Below are positions 36,392 to 45,976 of a stretch of DNA of 64,000 nucleotides, piece by piece. The position numbers and the translations under genes are program-made. The stretch is from the NCBI GenBank assembly GCA_038911065.1, contig JBCKBR010000002.1, forward strand, positions 14,957 to 78,956, written 5' to 3'. The DNA comes from Gaiellales bacterium. GTDB taxonomy: Bacteria; Actinomycetota; Thermoleophilia; Gaiellales; F1-60-MAGs149. The notes beneath the pieces were generated by a model, which searched no databases, was not told the origin of the DNA, and saw only the letters and a list, made by a program, of their open reading frames with translations. Position 1 is the first letter of the stretch, and each line of letters opens with the position of its first letter.

Positions 36392-37147
36392 CTACAGGGT
36401 TGAGAGCCACGGAAAACGCTCGTGCGTGGCAGCGTTGGAGGGCAGGACCTTGAGGCCGTACGTTGAGAGCTTGGCTCCGGCCGGTCCGCGACTGAGACGA
36501 GGTGCGAGGGTAGCGAGGAATGGGGGAGTCGAGTCGCTTGCGGTCCTGAATGCCTGTGCCATCGCAGAGACTGCAATGTCGGCGAGTTGAAGTAGTGGCT
36601 GGCTGTTCTCGTTCGTGATGTGGGGCGCTGTGGTCGCGAGACCGCGCCAATTGGTCCTCGTTCGTTGGCGTCGCAGCAGATCGAAATACGTTGCGAGCTC
36701 TCCCTTCTGCATTCCCACCATGTGAGCGGCATGGGTGGAAACCCGCGAGGCAGGCGCGCCATGCCAGGAGAGACGTTCTTGCATGAGGCGTAGCGAGTAG
36801 CGGTACATACGGTTTCGCTCGTCAAGGCCGTCGGCAGCGAGGGCTGATTTGTTGATGAGGACACCCACAATCGTGATGAACTCAGCTTGGCTCAGAGTGG
36901 CCACTGCGGCCTCACGGTGTGCCGGCTTCATTGAGTTGAAGTGAAGACGGTGACCTGCTTGGCGCCCGGTGACGCGCCGAATCGCATCGAGCAGTTCATA
37001 GGCACGCGGCAAGTCGGCGTCGTTCAGGAGGACAGCACCGAGTGCAAAGAAGAGCGAACTCTTGGCTAGACGATTTGGGTCGCCTGACTCATCCACGAAA
37101 GCGGACTTCGGACTCACGACGGGCGGGTGCTCTTTGGGGTGAGACAT
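36392..37147 (-). CDS. DUF3800 domain protein
   Basis: FVDESGD, LHF and LLQLADIAV signature motifs. Confidence 0.85.
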   Translation of the reverse strand: MSHPKEHPPVVSPKSAFVDESGDPNRLAKSSLFFALGAVLLNDADLPRAYELLDAIRRVTGRQAGHRLHFNSMKPAHREAAVATLSQAEFITIVGVLINKSALAADGLDERNRMYRYSLRLMQERLSWHGAPASRVSTHAAHMVGMQKGELATYFDLLRRQRTRTNWRGLATTAPHITNENSQPLLQLADIAVSAMAQAFRTASDSTPPFLATLAPRLSRGPAGAKLSTYGLKVLPSNAATHERFPWLSTL

Positions 37148-39168
37148 GAGAACAGATAGTCCTCGTCCAGATACAGCTTCTTCTCTACCATGTCCTCGTA
37201 TTCTTTATCGATGGCGCGAATGGTCGAATCATCGGCGTTGTCCCCCAATGCCTCGTAGCGCTTCGAGAGGTACTCGGCTTGCCGGTCATACCCGGCTACT
37301 GCGCCTTTGATGTGCTTGTGGCATGAATTTGAGAGTTCGTTCCACGAATTTGTTGCCACCAATGCACTGAGTGCAGAGACCATTTCGCGGGATCGCTTTC
37401 GAACATGCTGAATGTCGGTGTACTTCGCGATGCAGGTCTTCACGGTCGTCTCGGAGGATGCTCCGTAGTCAAAACTGCCGCCGACCAAAGCGTAACAACT
37501 AACTGCAACGCTATTCAAAAGCTGGGTGGTGTACCGCGCGCGGTAATACGCTACGAGGGCGGTGTCTCGTGCCGTCGCGTCCTCGGAGGGAATATCCCAA
37601 TTTGGTGCCGGTTGGCATGACGTGAGGACGCTGTAGGCGTTGACGTCGTAGGGGTTCGCGTCGCCGGAGGCAAATGGCGTGCGATATCGAATATCCGCCA
37701 GTGCGGTTCTGCTGTTGTCGGTAGAGGGGTAGCCTTCTTGGCGATCAATCCGGATTGCCTTTAGCCACCGCTCCAGCTGGGATTGGCCATCTGTCGACCA
37801 TTTTTCGATTGCGGCTCGGCAATTTTCAGGGCTCCCTGCGCCCGCTTCCTCAAGGAGCGCTGGGATTGTCGCTGCCGAATCGTGAGCGCCTGCCAATAGT
37901 CCACGTTGTTCAGCATTGAATGATGGTGAAAGTTGGCACTCGTAACTTTTTTTGGAGTCCTTCGCCTGGCACTTGTTGAAATTCGCATTAAACTGGCGCA
38001 TTCGCCTTGCAAAATCGGCTTGCGCGTCGAATGCGGCTTGGAGCGCGTTCAGTGTCTTGGCCTTGGCTGCCGCGGCATCTGAAGCTGTGGGTGTGGTTGA
38101 TGCCGAGGGACTCGTTGGGGCTGGGTCGTTGCCTTGGAAAAGGAAGATGCCGACGCCGATGAGGCCGACGACAGCGACGACTGCTCCCGCAACGATGAGA
38201 CGTTTTGTGCGTGATTTAGCCTGTTGCGTCGGGGGTTGTTGCTCCGTGCTCGTAGACGCCGCAGTCACTTGAGCGCCAACAGAGGGCGTTACCTGCGGAA
38301 GCGTCGACGACGACTCGTGAGCGACGAGGCCAAGACCGGCGGCGGCGGCCATCGCATTGATCATCGCTGCGGAACCAGCGAAACGGTGGCCTGGTGCCTT
38401 CGACAGCGCGCGCGTCATCGCGGCGTCCAATTCTGGTGTCGCGCTCGGTACGTGATCACGCAGGCTCGGCGGTGCATCGTTGACCTGCGCGAACAGCGTC
38501 TGCATTGGCTGGTCGCGACGGAACGGCGGGGCGCCGGTGAGGGCCTCATAGAGGACGCATGCGAGCGCGTACTGGTCGGTGCGCCCGTCTACGACGCCCG
38601 TCGCGATCTGCTCTGGTGCTGCGTAGTCAACGGAGCCGACGAACTGGCCGGTCTGGGTTATGCCAGCCTGGCCTTGCGCCTTAGCCAGGCCGAAGTCCGA
38701 GAGCAGAACCTCACGCGCTGGCGAGTCGGGCTCGGCGATCAGGATGTTCGAAGGTTTGACGTCGCGGTGAACGAGGCCGCGCTTCGATGCCGCATCGAGC
38801 GCTTCCGCCACAGGCGTGAGCAGGCGAATCGCCTCATCGACGGTGAGCGGTCCCTTCCGCTTGAGGTAGGTCCCGAGATCCTCGCCGTCCACGAGGCGCA
38901 TCGCGATAAAGAGCGTCCCGTCGGACTCATCAACCTCGAAGATCGGGATGATCCCGCGATGATCGACCGCGGCTGCAGCGCGAGCCTCGGCGATGAAGCG
39001 GTCCCGATAGTCCTGATTCTCTGACAGGTGCGAGGAGACGACCTTGAGCGCGACCGAGCGATTGAGCCGCTCGTCGCGTGCGCGGTAGACGACGCCCATG
39101 CCGCCACGGCCGAGCACGCCTTCGACGATGAATGCGCCAACCTTGTCGCCCGACTGCAGTTCAGCCAT
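37114..39168 (-). CDS. receptor-type Ser/Thr protein kinase 3
   Basis: LGRGGMGVVY, HRDVKPSN, DFG and APE, then a TM helix and a ~330-aa Cys-rich extracellular region. Confidence 0.95.
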   Translation of the reverse strand: MAELQSGDKVGAFIVEGVLGRGGMGVVYRARDERLNRSVALKVVSSHLSENQDYRDRFIAEARAAAAVDHRGIIPIFEVDESDGTLFIAMRLVDGEDLGTYLKRKGPLTVDEAIRLLTPVAEALDAASKRGLVHRDVKPSNILIAEPDSPAREVLLSDFGLAKAQGQAGITQTGQFVGSVDYAAPEQIATGVVDGRTDQYALACVLYEALTGAPPFRRDQPMQTLFAQVNDAPPSLRDHVPSATPELDAAMTRALSKAPGHRFAGSAAMINAMAAAAGLGLVAHESSSTLPQVTPSVGAQVTAASTSTEQQPPTQQAKSRTKRLIVAGAVVAVVGLIGVGIFLFQGNDPAPTSPSASTTPTASDAAAAKAKTLNALQAAFDAQADFARRMRQFNANFNKCQAKDSKKSYECQLSPSFNAEQRGLLAGAHDSAATIPALLEEAGAGSPENCRAAIEKWSTDGQSQLERWLKAIRIDRQEGYPSTDNSRTALADIRYRTPFASGDANPYDVNAYSVLTSCQPAPNWDIPSEDATARDTALVAYYRARYTTQLLNSVAVSCYALVGGSFDYGASSETTVKTCIAKYTDIQHVRKRSREMVSALSALVATNSWNELSNSCHKHIKGAVAGYDRQAEYLSKRYEALGDNADDSTIRAIDKEYEDMVEKKLYLDEDYLFSCLTPKSTRPS

Positions 39169-39251
39169 GAACGCCCCTCTCCGTGTAGATAGTAACAAGC
39201 GTGATGGCACAAATTGCGCGCGACAGATATGGCGTTAGTATCCACGAATAG

Positions 39252-41060
39252 TTGCCGTTGGTACAAAGCGAGATTGGTCTGACTAGTAATCCCCTCAACT
39301 GGGTAATTGTGCGACCCGATGGCACTCGTGTGCCCATTGATCGCGCCCTCGTGGTCGGCCGCTTGCCGGATTGCGATGTGGTCGTGGCCGATGGGCTCGT
39401 GTCGGGACGGCATCTGCGTGTGGAGCCCGCACTCAACGGCGTTCGCATCGAGGACCTCGGTTCCTCAAACGGTACGTTCGTGGATGGTGTAAGGATGGTT
39501 GCGCCGCACGTGCTTTATGCGGACGCCACGCTTGCATTGGGAGCCGCTGCGATTCGGATCATCAATCCGAAACCGACGCCTGAGCTGGCGGCGAGTTTCA
39601 TCGTCGTTCGTTCAGGTGCGGCCACGGGATTGGCTACTGAGATTGTGGTGGGCGCTGATCTATTGATCGGTCGCGCAGACGAATGCGCCGTGGTACTCGA
39701 CGACCTGCTCGTGTCAAACCAGCATCTTCGTGTGCGGCGGCCTGTCGCCACCGAAGGCGGCGAGATCCTGATCGAGGATCTCGGATCGGCGAATGGCACG
39801 CTGGTTGACGGTGAGGTGCTGTCGCCCGGGACGCCAACAACGGTTGGACATGGGACGTCGCTTCAACTTGGCGACACGCAGCTGGTTGTCTCAGGCACAC
39901 GCACGCCCCCGGTTCAGCGCAGGGAGACCGTGATCCGCACCGTGCCTGCAGAGTTACGGGCTGCCGCGGCGGTTGCCACCGGTGCTGCAAGCGCGTCGAG
40001 CGCGCCATCGCAAGCGAGTTCTGGTCGACGCTCGCGCACGCCGCTGCTTGTTGGTAGCGCAGTCATCGCCGCACTCCTCGTCGTCGGCGTTGTGGCGTTT
40101 ATGGCGACGCGTGGCAGCAGTGGCACAGTCGAGTCTGTGGTGCGTGACGAGTCGCCTGCAACAGTGCAGATCATCACGGACCTCTCCGACGGGGTGGCCT
40201 CGGGTAGTGGCGTCGTCATTGATGCGAACGCTGGCCTTATTCTTACCAATGCCCACGTCATTGCCGGCGGTAACTCGTACAAGATCCGGCGTACCACGGA
40301 TGGCAAAGAGGTGCCGGCCCAACTCGTTGCATCGATGCCTTGCGATGATCTTGCGCTCCTGCAAGTTGTGGCCGAATCGGATCGGGTCGGTCTGCGCACC
40401 GCCGCGTTTGCCGAGCCCGGTTCGCTCAACCAGGGCGAGTCGGTGGTGGCGCTCGGCTATCCAGGTTCGGCCGAGAGTGCTTCGAGCGAATCCGCATTTG
40501 CGAGTGATCAGATGTCTGCAACGAACGGCATCGTCTCGAAGACGAGTGCGAAGTACATTGATCCGCTGAGTGGCGTCGCACCATTGCCGGACACGGTGCA
40601 GCACACCGCGGCGATCAATCACGGCAACTCGGGTGGGCCACTCTTCGACCTTGACGGCAAACTCGTGGGCATCAACGTCGCGATGTTCGCCGACTCCACC
40701 GGGCAGCGCGCCGAGGGTGAGAATTATGCCGTCAGCGTCGAGCAGATTCGCAAGGTGATTGATGGGCTCAAAGCGGGGACTTCAGTCGGTGAGTTCGGCA
40801 TGTCTCTCTCGTGGGTAGGAACCAAGGAAGACCCCGATAAACCTGCGGCCCTCTTGATTGACAGCGTCGCTGCGAATAGCCCCGCATCGAACGCTGGTAT
40901 CCGTGCAGATACCTATGTTGTCGCCGTCGACGATCAGGAGATTCGCGACCTTATTGAGTATTGCGCTGCTGTCTCCACGCCGGGCTCGCACTCGATTACG
41001 ACGTCCAGCGATGACACCGATAGTAGCCGTGACTGGACGCTGAATGCGGGCGTTTGGTAG
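39252..41060 (+). CDS. FHA-FHA-TM-HtrA/DegP-like protease-PDZ
   Basis: Two FHA domains (GR...VS..H...DLGS.NGT), a TM helix, triad TNAHV / DLALL / GNSGG, and a PDZ-like end (NSPASNAGI). Confidence 0.9.
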   Translation: MPLVQSEIGLTSNPLNWVIVRPDGTRVPIDRALVVGRLPDCDVVVADGLVSGRHLRVEPALNGVRIEDLGSSNGTFVDGVRMVAPHVLYADATLALGAAAIRIINPKPTPELAASFIVVRSGAATGLATEIVVGADLLIGRADECAVVLDDLLVSNQHLRVRRPVATEGGEILIEDLGSANGTLVDGEVLSPGTPTTVGHGTSLQLGDTQLVVSGTRTPPVQRRETVIRTVPAELRAAAAVATGAASASSAPSQASSGRRSRTPLLVGSAVIAALLVVGVVAFMATRGSSGTVESVVRDESPATVQIITDLSDGVASGSGVVIDANAGLILTNAHVIAGGNSYKIRRTTDGKEVPAQLVASMPCDDLALLQVVAESDRVGLRTAAFAEPGSLNQGESVVALGYPGSAESASSESAFASDQMSATNGIVSKTSAKYIDPLSGVAPLPDTVQHTAAINHGNSGGPLFDLDGKLVGINVAMFADSTGQRAEGENYAVSVEQIRKVIDGLKAGTSVGEFGMSLSWVGTKEDPDKPAALLIDSVAANSPASNAGIRADTYVVAVDDQEIRDLIEYCAAVSTPGSHSITTSSDDTDSSRDWTLNAGVW

Positions 41061-41108
41061 TCCAAGATCCTCGTAAAGTGGCGTCGCGTGTCGCGCTGGC
41101 GCGCGTGG

Positions 41109-41855
41109 TTATTGCGGGGGTGCAGAATCGGTGGAGTCGCTTTGTCGTTCAGAGCCCGCCGCATACACGACAATCGTGTCGGCCATCTTGTCGTGGAGCG
41201 TCTGCTTCTCCTTGTCCCACGTCATCCATAGGACGTCGACGAGTCCGAGGATCCCGGCCGTAATCTGCGAGCCGGCGTAGATCAGGATAATTTCCGCAAC
41301 CGATCGCCCAACACCACGCCAGAACGTCATCCGATCGCCGTTTGCTCGAAGCACACGCGTGCCAGCCGCCATGCCGCCGATTGACTGGCCATCTTTCCAC
41401 CACCAGAAGAGTGGGCGATAGAAAACCCACGCGCCGATGAAGAGCACAATGCCGACGGCGATTCCGAGTGGCCGTACTACTTCAGTCAGACCGACTGCAA
41501 TCAGTACCGCGACCAGCACAAGCACGAGTCGGATGAGTGCATCGATCAGGCTGCCGCCAACGCGAGCCCAGAACGTTGCGTACCGCATGCCGGCAGGTGC
41601 GAGGGAAGCCGGGGGCACAGGAGTCGGCGTGGCGCCTACAGCTTGTGCGGTTGCAGGTGTGGCTGTGGTGTTGACCGCGGGTGCGGTAGGGGAGGTGGGC
41701 GAGATCGCAGTCGCAGGAACCGCGGAGACAGCGGGCTCGATCGAAGGCGTGCTTTCAAGCTTGCTGCCGCACGCTCCACAGAAGCGAGAATTAGGCGTCG
41801 CGGGCGCCCCACACGTCGGGCATGTTGCTGCCATAGGCATCATCGCCCCCCACAC
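41109..41855 (-). CDS. zinc-ribbon + RDD family membrane protein
   Basis: CPTCG...FCGACG, YATFWARVGGSLID, GQSIG and KQTLHDKMADTIVV. Exact start uncertain. Confidence 0.88.
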   Translation of the reverse strand: MWGAMMPMAATCPTCGAPATPNSRFCGACGSKLESTPSIEPAVSAVPATAISPTSPTAPAVNTTATPATAQAVGATPTPVPPASLAPAGMRYATFWARVGGSLIDALIRLVLVLVAVLIAVGLTEVVRPLGIAVGIVLFIGAWVFYRPLFWWWKDGQSIGGMAAGTRVLRANGDRMTFWRGVGRSVAEIILIYAGSQITAGILGLVDVLWMTWDKEKQTLHDKMADTIVVYAAGSERQSDSTDSAPPQ

Positions 41856-41946
41856 GCGTCGATCACGTACTGATCGAGCTTCTCGATGATGGCATTCATT
41901 TTCCCTCTGCTCTCAGCCTTAGCAACATATCAATGACGGCAATTGT

Positions 41947-42030
41947 TGCTCGTACCAGGCGCGTGCGGCATCGAGATCGCCCACATATTCGGCGAGCATT
42001 CCAAGATTGAACATTGCCTGCGGATCCTCG
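41947..42030 (-). pseudogene. isolated single Sel1 module
   Basis: Encodes EDPQAMFNLGMLAEYVGDLDAARAWYEQ, with unrelated flanks. Confidence 0.8.
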
Positions 42031-42330
42031 ACAGGGAACGGCGTGCGCCAGTTACAACGCGCTCAACTCACCCACACATCAGGCAGGAGAGACCTTTAAG
42101 AGGGTCCACTGTCCGAAATCACCGCAGCAGGCCATCCCAGCCATCCCCATCGTCCGATTCAGCGCCATACTCATCGGCGGCCAGCACCTCAGACTCCAGG
42201 TCCTCTCCCCGCTCGCGACGGGTGCTGCTCGACGCAGGTGGCAATCGACCGATCTATGGACGAGCGTTCGTCGACAGCGCTGACGTCAATTGACAGGCCA
42301 AGGCGCAGGCTCACTCGGGAGGGCAACTGA

Positions 42331-42729
42331 CTAGACGTTGTTCTCTCCATCGTTCGTGCGGGGGTAGTCCTCTGTCCAGCTTCCGTCAGGACGAATGGTC
42401 ACGTTGTTCTTGACCACGCTCAGAGGCTCCTCCGGGAACACCTCAGAGTGCTGTTGCTTGATGAGGCAGTGATTCGCCTCCATCGCCATCCACACGCTCA
42501 TGTTGATGCTGACTGGACGACAGCCCGCAACAAGGGGCTCAATGTGCTCAATGAAATCTTCGTCGTTGTCACTGCACCCGAAGAGGACTACGTACTCATG
42601 ATCGCCAGTCTCCGATACTGTCACGAACGCATCTGGCACGAGCTCCTGCATCTCGGTGTTGATTGCATGGAAGATGGATACTGCATCTTCCCTTGTTGGG
42701 AATGTATGTGCCTGGAATGTGTAGTGCAT
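42331..42729 (-). CDS. hypothetical protein (paralog of 44468-44872)
   Basis: MHYTFQAHTFPTREDAVSIFHAINTEMQEL..., near-identical to the + strand copy. Confidence 0.75.
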   Translation of the reverse strand: MHYTFQAHTFPTREDAVSIFHAINTEMQELVPDAFVTVSETGDHEYVVLFGCSDNDEDFIEHIEPLVAGCRPVSINMSVWMAMEANHCLIKQQHSEVFPEEPLSVVKNNVTIRPDGSWTEDYPRTNDGENNV

Positions 42730-42791
42730 GAAACTAGTCTCCAAACTGTGTTGCTTTTAGACCACTGCGGGATAGCAGGTCTTTTGCGTAC

Positions 42792-42899
42792 TCATTGTCC
42801 GGCTTGATTGCGACTCTTGAAGTGGACTAGGTTCAAAGCGTTTGCTCCCGTCTTGCGGGTTTCGGTGCCACACGTTGGGCAGATGCGCTCGTCGCTCAT
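42792..42899 (-). pseudogene. truncated copy of the MSDERICPTCGTE gene start
   Basis: 42861-42903 is identical (43 bp) to 22009-22051, then diverges and stops at 35 aa. Confidence 0.6.
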
Positions 42900-43543
42900 G
42901 TCGCCGTCCACCACTCCTCCTCTATCACCTTCAGCCCGAGCCTCTCGAGGATGCGGGCCTGCTGTTGCCGCAACCAGATCGAGTCGCCAGCCATAAAAAT
43001 CGACGCCCCACTACCGATCGTGAAGGTGCCGATGCGCGATCCGTACCGCGTGGCGCAGTGGCGGCCGATACGTTCCAGAGCATCGTTGGATTCCCACCAG
43101 GCCTCTTCGCTGTGGATCAGCACGCCGTTCGCCTCGAGCATGAGGACCGTGTCGCCGTCGCGCTTATTAAGGGTTAGCATGAGATCGATCGTCGTCTCGT
43201 CGGCAAGTTCGGGCAGGCTCGCGGCGGATGACAGCTCCGACTTCTTGAACTTCCGCTCGCGCTTCGCGCGTTTCTTCTGATCGGTAAGCTCCCACCGCGC
43301 CTCCTCGTTGCCCGCGGCAGCCGCTTTCCTCACCTCGGCCTCGGTCGCGTAGTTGACGAGGCAGAGCCGATGGAAGCATTGCGGGCAATCGACCTGCAGG
43401 AGCTGATCGAAGGGCTCGCTGTCTGCCTCGTCACCCGTGCCCTTCCAGCCGCACGCGCACGTCCAGATGTCGGTGCGCCACGGCGAGTAGTAGGAGACGA
43501 TGGGGTTGCCGATCGTGGGCGGTCTCTCGTGTGGTTTAGTCAT
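42896..43543 (-). CDS. hypothetical protein with zinc-binding motif
   Basis: WTCACGWKG...VDCPQC, 215 aa. Confidence 0.7.
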   Translation of the reverse strand: MTKPHERPPTIGNPIVSYYSPWRTDIWTCACGWKGTGDEADSEPFDQLLQVDCPQCFHRLCLVNYATEAEVRKAAAAGNEEARWELTDQKKRAKRERKFKKSELSSAASLPELADETTIDLMLTLNKRDGDTVLMLEANGVLIHSEEAWWESNDALERIGRHCATRYGSRIGTFTIGSGASIFMAGDSIWLRQQQARILERLGLKVIEEEWWTAT

Positions 43544-43847
43544 GGCACAAGTAAGTCGGAGCGAGCCGTGGTTACCTTACGCCAGCCCGCACGAAACAGC
43601 CCACCAACGTGCCGGGCATGCCGACACGATCCCGCCGATCCGGCTCAGCCGCGAATTGCACCGAGCCGAGCAACGGCTGCCACCACGACGACGCCGGTCG
43701 TGGTGCTTCCCGTGCGACTACAGCGACGGCAGCCGCCACCCGTTGCGCTTCTCGTTCCTGCGCTCGCGCAGCCACCATGGGTGCCTCTCAGGGTCAGTCA
43801 AGCCGCAAAGTTGACCCGAGGTCTACCTCGCTGCTAGCGTCGTTACC

Positions 43848-44411
43848 ATGGCTTTCGAGGATACAGAGAAAATATCTAGACGTATCAACGCTGCTATCCG
43901 AGCAGGGCAACAGCCAATCTATCCACCGTGGTCAGGCGACAAAGGCGACAAGCCAAACCCCTACCTTCACGACGTTATCTGGCTGGCATATCGTGAGAAC
44001 GTGAGCGGCGAAACTTCGTCATCAGGGCGCCTCATGTCCGAATTCTGCACCGCATCCACGCAACTACGGAATGACGGCGATCATTGGGTTGCCAGAGATA
44101 TTGCGCTGCGCGGCGGCGCACCCCGGGCACGGCAAGTGCCCTTAGGGCACGAGTCCCCAGCACGGCAAGTGCCCTTAGGGCACGAGTCGCCCGGCTCGAT
44201 AGTTGTGCGCGGTTTTAGAATCCTCGGATTCTCAGTTTTTGCTCTCATTTTGCTAGCCATTACCCTCCCGATCATCGGTGCGATCGGCTACCGGTTGTGG
44301 TTGAGCGTTAGCGATCTTGCGAATGCGGCCTTTTGGGGGTTCGTAGTAGTTGCAGTAGCCGTCTTGTACATTGGGAGGGGTACGGACGACAGGCCAGGGC
44401 CGAGGTTCTAG
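43848..44411 (+). CDS. hypothetical membrane protein
   Basis: Two C-terminal TM helices, leaderless TAGCGT-N7-ATG, and an internal 33-bp tandem duplication. Confidence 0.65.
   Translation: MAFEDTEKISRRINAAIRAGQQPIYPPWSGDKGDKPNPYLHDVIWLAYRENVSGETSSSGRLMSEFCTASTQLRNDGDHWVARDIALRGGAPRARQVPLGHESPARQVPLGHESPGSIVVRGFRILGFSVFALILLAITLPIIGAIGYRLWLSVSDLANAAFWGFVVVAVAVLYIGRGTDDRPGPRF
44127..44192 (+). repeat. 2 x 33-bp tandem repeat with internal palindrome
   Basis: GCACGGCAAGTGCCCTTAGGGCACGAGTC(C/G)CC twice. Core GTGCCCT-T-AGGGCAC. Confidence 0.9.
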
Positions 44412-44467
44412 CCAACCAGGCTCCGCCCGTAGTGGTCTAAAAGCAACATAGATCGGAGACTAGTTTC

Positions 44468-44872
44468 ATGCACTACACATTCCAGGCACATACATTCCCA
44501 ACAAGGGAAGATGCAGTATCCGTCTTCCATGCAATCAACACCGAGATGCAAGAACTGTTGCCAGATGCGTTCGTAACGGTGCGGGAGGCTGCCGATCATG
44601 AGTACGAAGTCCTCTTCGGGTGCAGTGACAACGACGAAGATTTCATTGAGCACATTGAGCCCTTTGTTGCGGGCTGTCGTTCGGTCAATATCGACATGAG
44701 CGTGTGGATGGCGATGGAGGCGAACCACTCGCTCATCAAGCAGCAGCACTCTGAGGTGTTCCCGGAGGAGCCTCTGAGTGTGGTCAAGAACAACGTAGCC
44801 CTTCGTTCTGATGGAAGCTGGACCGAGGATTACGCCGGGCCGGATGATGGGGATGGTGATCCGCTGGCATGA
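44468..44872 (+). CDS. hypothetical protein (inverted paralog of 42331-42729)
   Basis: MHYTFQAHTFPTREDAVSVFHAINTEMQEL... Confidence 0.75.
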   Translation: MHYTFQAHTFPTREDAVSVFHAINTEMQELLPDAFVTVREAADHEYEVLFGCSDNDEDFIEHIEPFVAGCRSVNIDMSVWMAMEANHSLIKQQHSEVFPEEPLSVVKNNVALRSDGSWTEDYAGPDDGDGDPLA

Positions 44873-44950
44873 CGCGCATAGTCGGATGGTGGATTCAACC
44901 TGTCGTTGTAACACCTTAACTTTTGGGGTGCTTATGGGCAGGCCAGTTGG

Positions 44951-45148
44951 GTGGATACAGGCGTTGACGGGGCGATTGTCGACGAAGAGACGCGCCGCCG
45001 CATCGAAGCGAACCGCCGGCTCAACCAGAGCAACCGGGAGCCGGGCAGCGGACCGCGCCTCCGCATGGTCGATCCCGGAGAACTCAACATCGACGCCCAG
45101 CCCGGGGAGATCCTGGTCGTCAATGCCGAGGCGGGGCGGGGGCGGTGA
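44951..45148 (+). CDS. small hypothetical protein
   Basis: 65 aa, high GC3. Confidence 0.4.
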   Translation: MDTGVDGAIVDEETRRRIEANRRLNQSNREPGSGPRLRMVDPGELNIDAQPGEILVVNAEAGRGR

Positions 45149-45230
45149 TGTCCGTATCACGACGCACGGTTGCATCTTCGGCAATGGTTCACGTGTGGCA
45201 CATCGCGTGGAGGCAGAGGTTGTCCAGGAT

Positions 45231-45881
45231 ATGAGTAGGTGCGCGGTGAAACTCACCGCTACCTATGGTGATCACGCGCACCACAACCGTCGGAATCCGT
45301 TGGACGAACTCCTGTTCATCATGTGTAGCGTGCTGACGCAGGAGGCTAACTACCGCCGAACCCATCGAGCCTTGCGCGTTGCATTTCCGACGTGCGAGAG
45401 CCTCGCCAAAGCATCTGCGAGCGAGATCTCGGCCGCAATCGCCGTGGGTGGGCTGTCGGGCCGCAAGGGCACGGCAATCCATGAACTGATGGCTCGTCTG
45501 ATGATCGAGTTCGGCCGCCCGAGCCTTGCGTCGCTGAAGACAATGAGCGATGAGGAGTGCGAGGCGTTCCTGACGAGCCTTCCTCTCGTCGGTAAGAAGA
45601 CCGCTCGCTGCGTGATGATGTACTCGCTCGACCGGTTGGTGTTTCCAGTCGACACGCACTGCTGGCGAGTTGCAATGCGTCGCCAATGGGTCGTGGCGAG
45701 TAGAGGAGATGGCGCTTGCACGCCTGCCGACATGGATCGCTTGCAGGATGCGATTCCGCCCAACCTTCGGCACTCACTGCACGTGAACCTGCTCTCGCTC
45801 GGGCGTGAGCACTGCCGGCCCACCAATCCATCGTGCTCAACGTGTCCGGTCAAGGTTGGCTGCGCGGCTCGCGAGGCGTGA
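45231..45881 (+). CDS. endonuclease III-like HhH-GPD DNA glycosylase with [4Fe-4S] motif
   Basis: LTSLPLVGKKTARC (HhH with catalytic K), FPVDTH and CRPTNPSCSTCPVKVGC. Start 45231 or GTG 45195. Confidence 0.9.
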   Translation: MSRCAVKLTATYGDHAHHNRRNPLDELLFIMCSVLTQEANYRRTHRALRVAFPTCESLAKASASEISAAIAVGGLSGRKGTAIHELMARLMIEFGRPSLASLKTMSDEECEAFLTSLPLVGKKTARCVMMYSLDRLVFPVDTHCWRVAMRRQWVVASRGDGACTPADMDRLQDAIPPNLRHSLHVNLLSLGREHCRPTNPSCSTCPVKVGCAAREA

Positions 45882-45976
45882 TTGCTGTCGCGCGGCATCC
45901 GCCTCCCCGTCTAGCGTGCGTCCATGTGTCCTAGTCGTCGTAGAGCATCGATGGAGGAAGCGAGCAGTGCGGTCGT

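Noticed and set aside
36392-37147. Structured ncRNA beside DUF3800
   Set aside because: The gene overlaps kinase 3 and ends 12 bp from kinase 2, leaving no intergenic room.
44811-45230. 140-aa N-terminal extension of the glycosylase, and similar extensions on the Lrp, Gfo, dpdJ, dpdH, dpdF and gene E ORFs
   Set aside because: Longest-ORF artefacts. Downstream starts fit RBS or leaderless signals, ATGA overlaps and domain boundaries.
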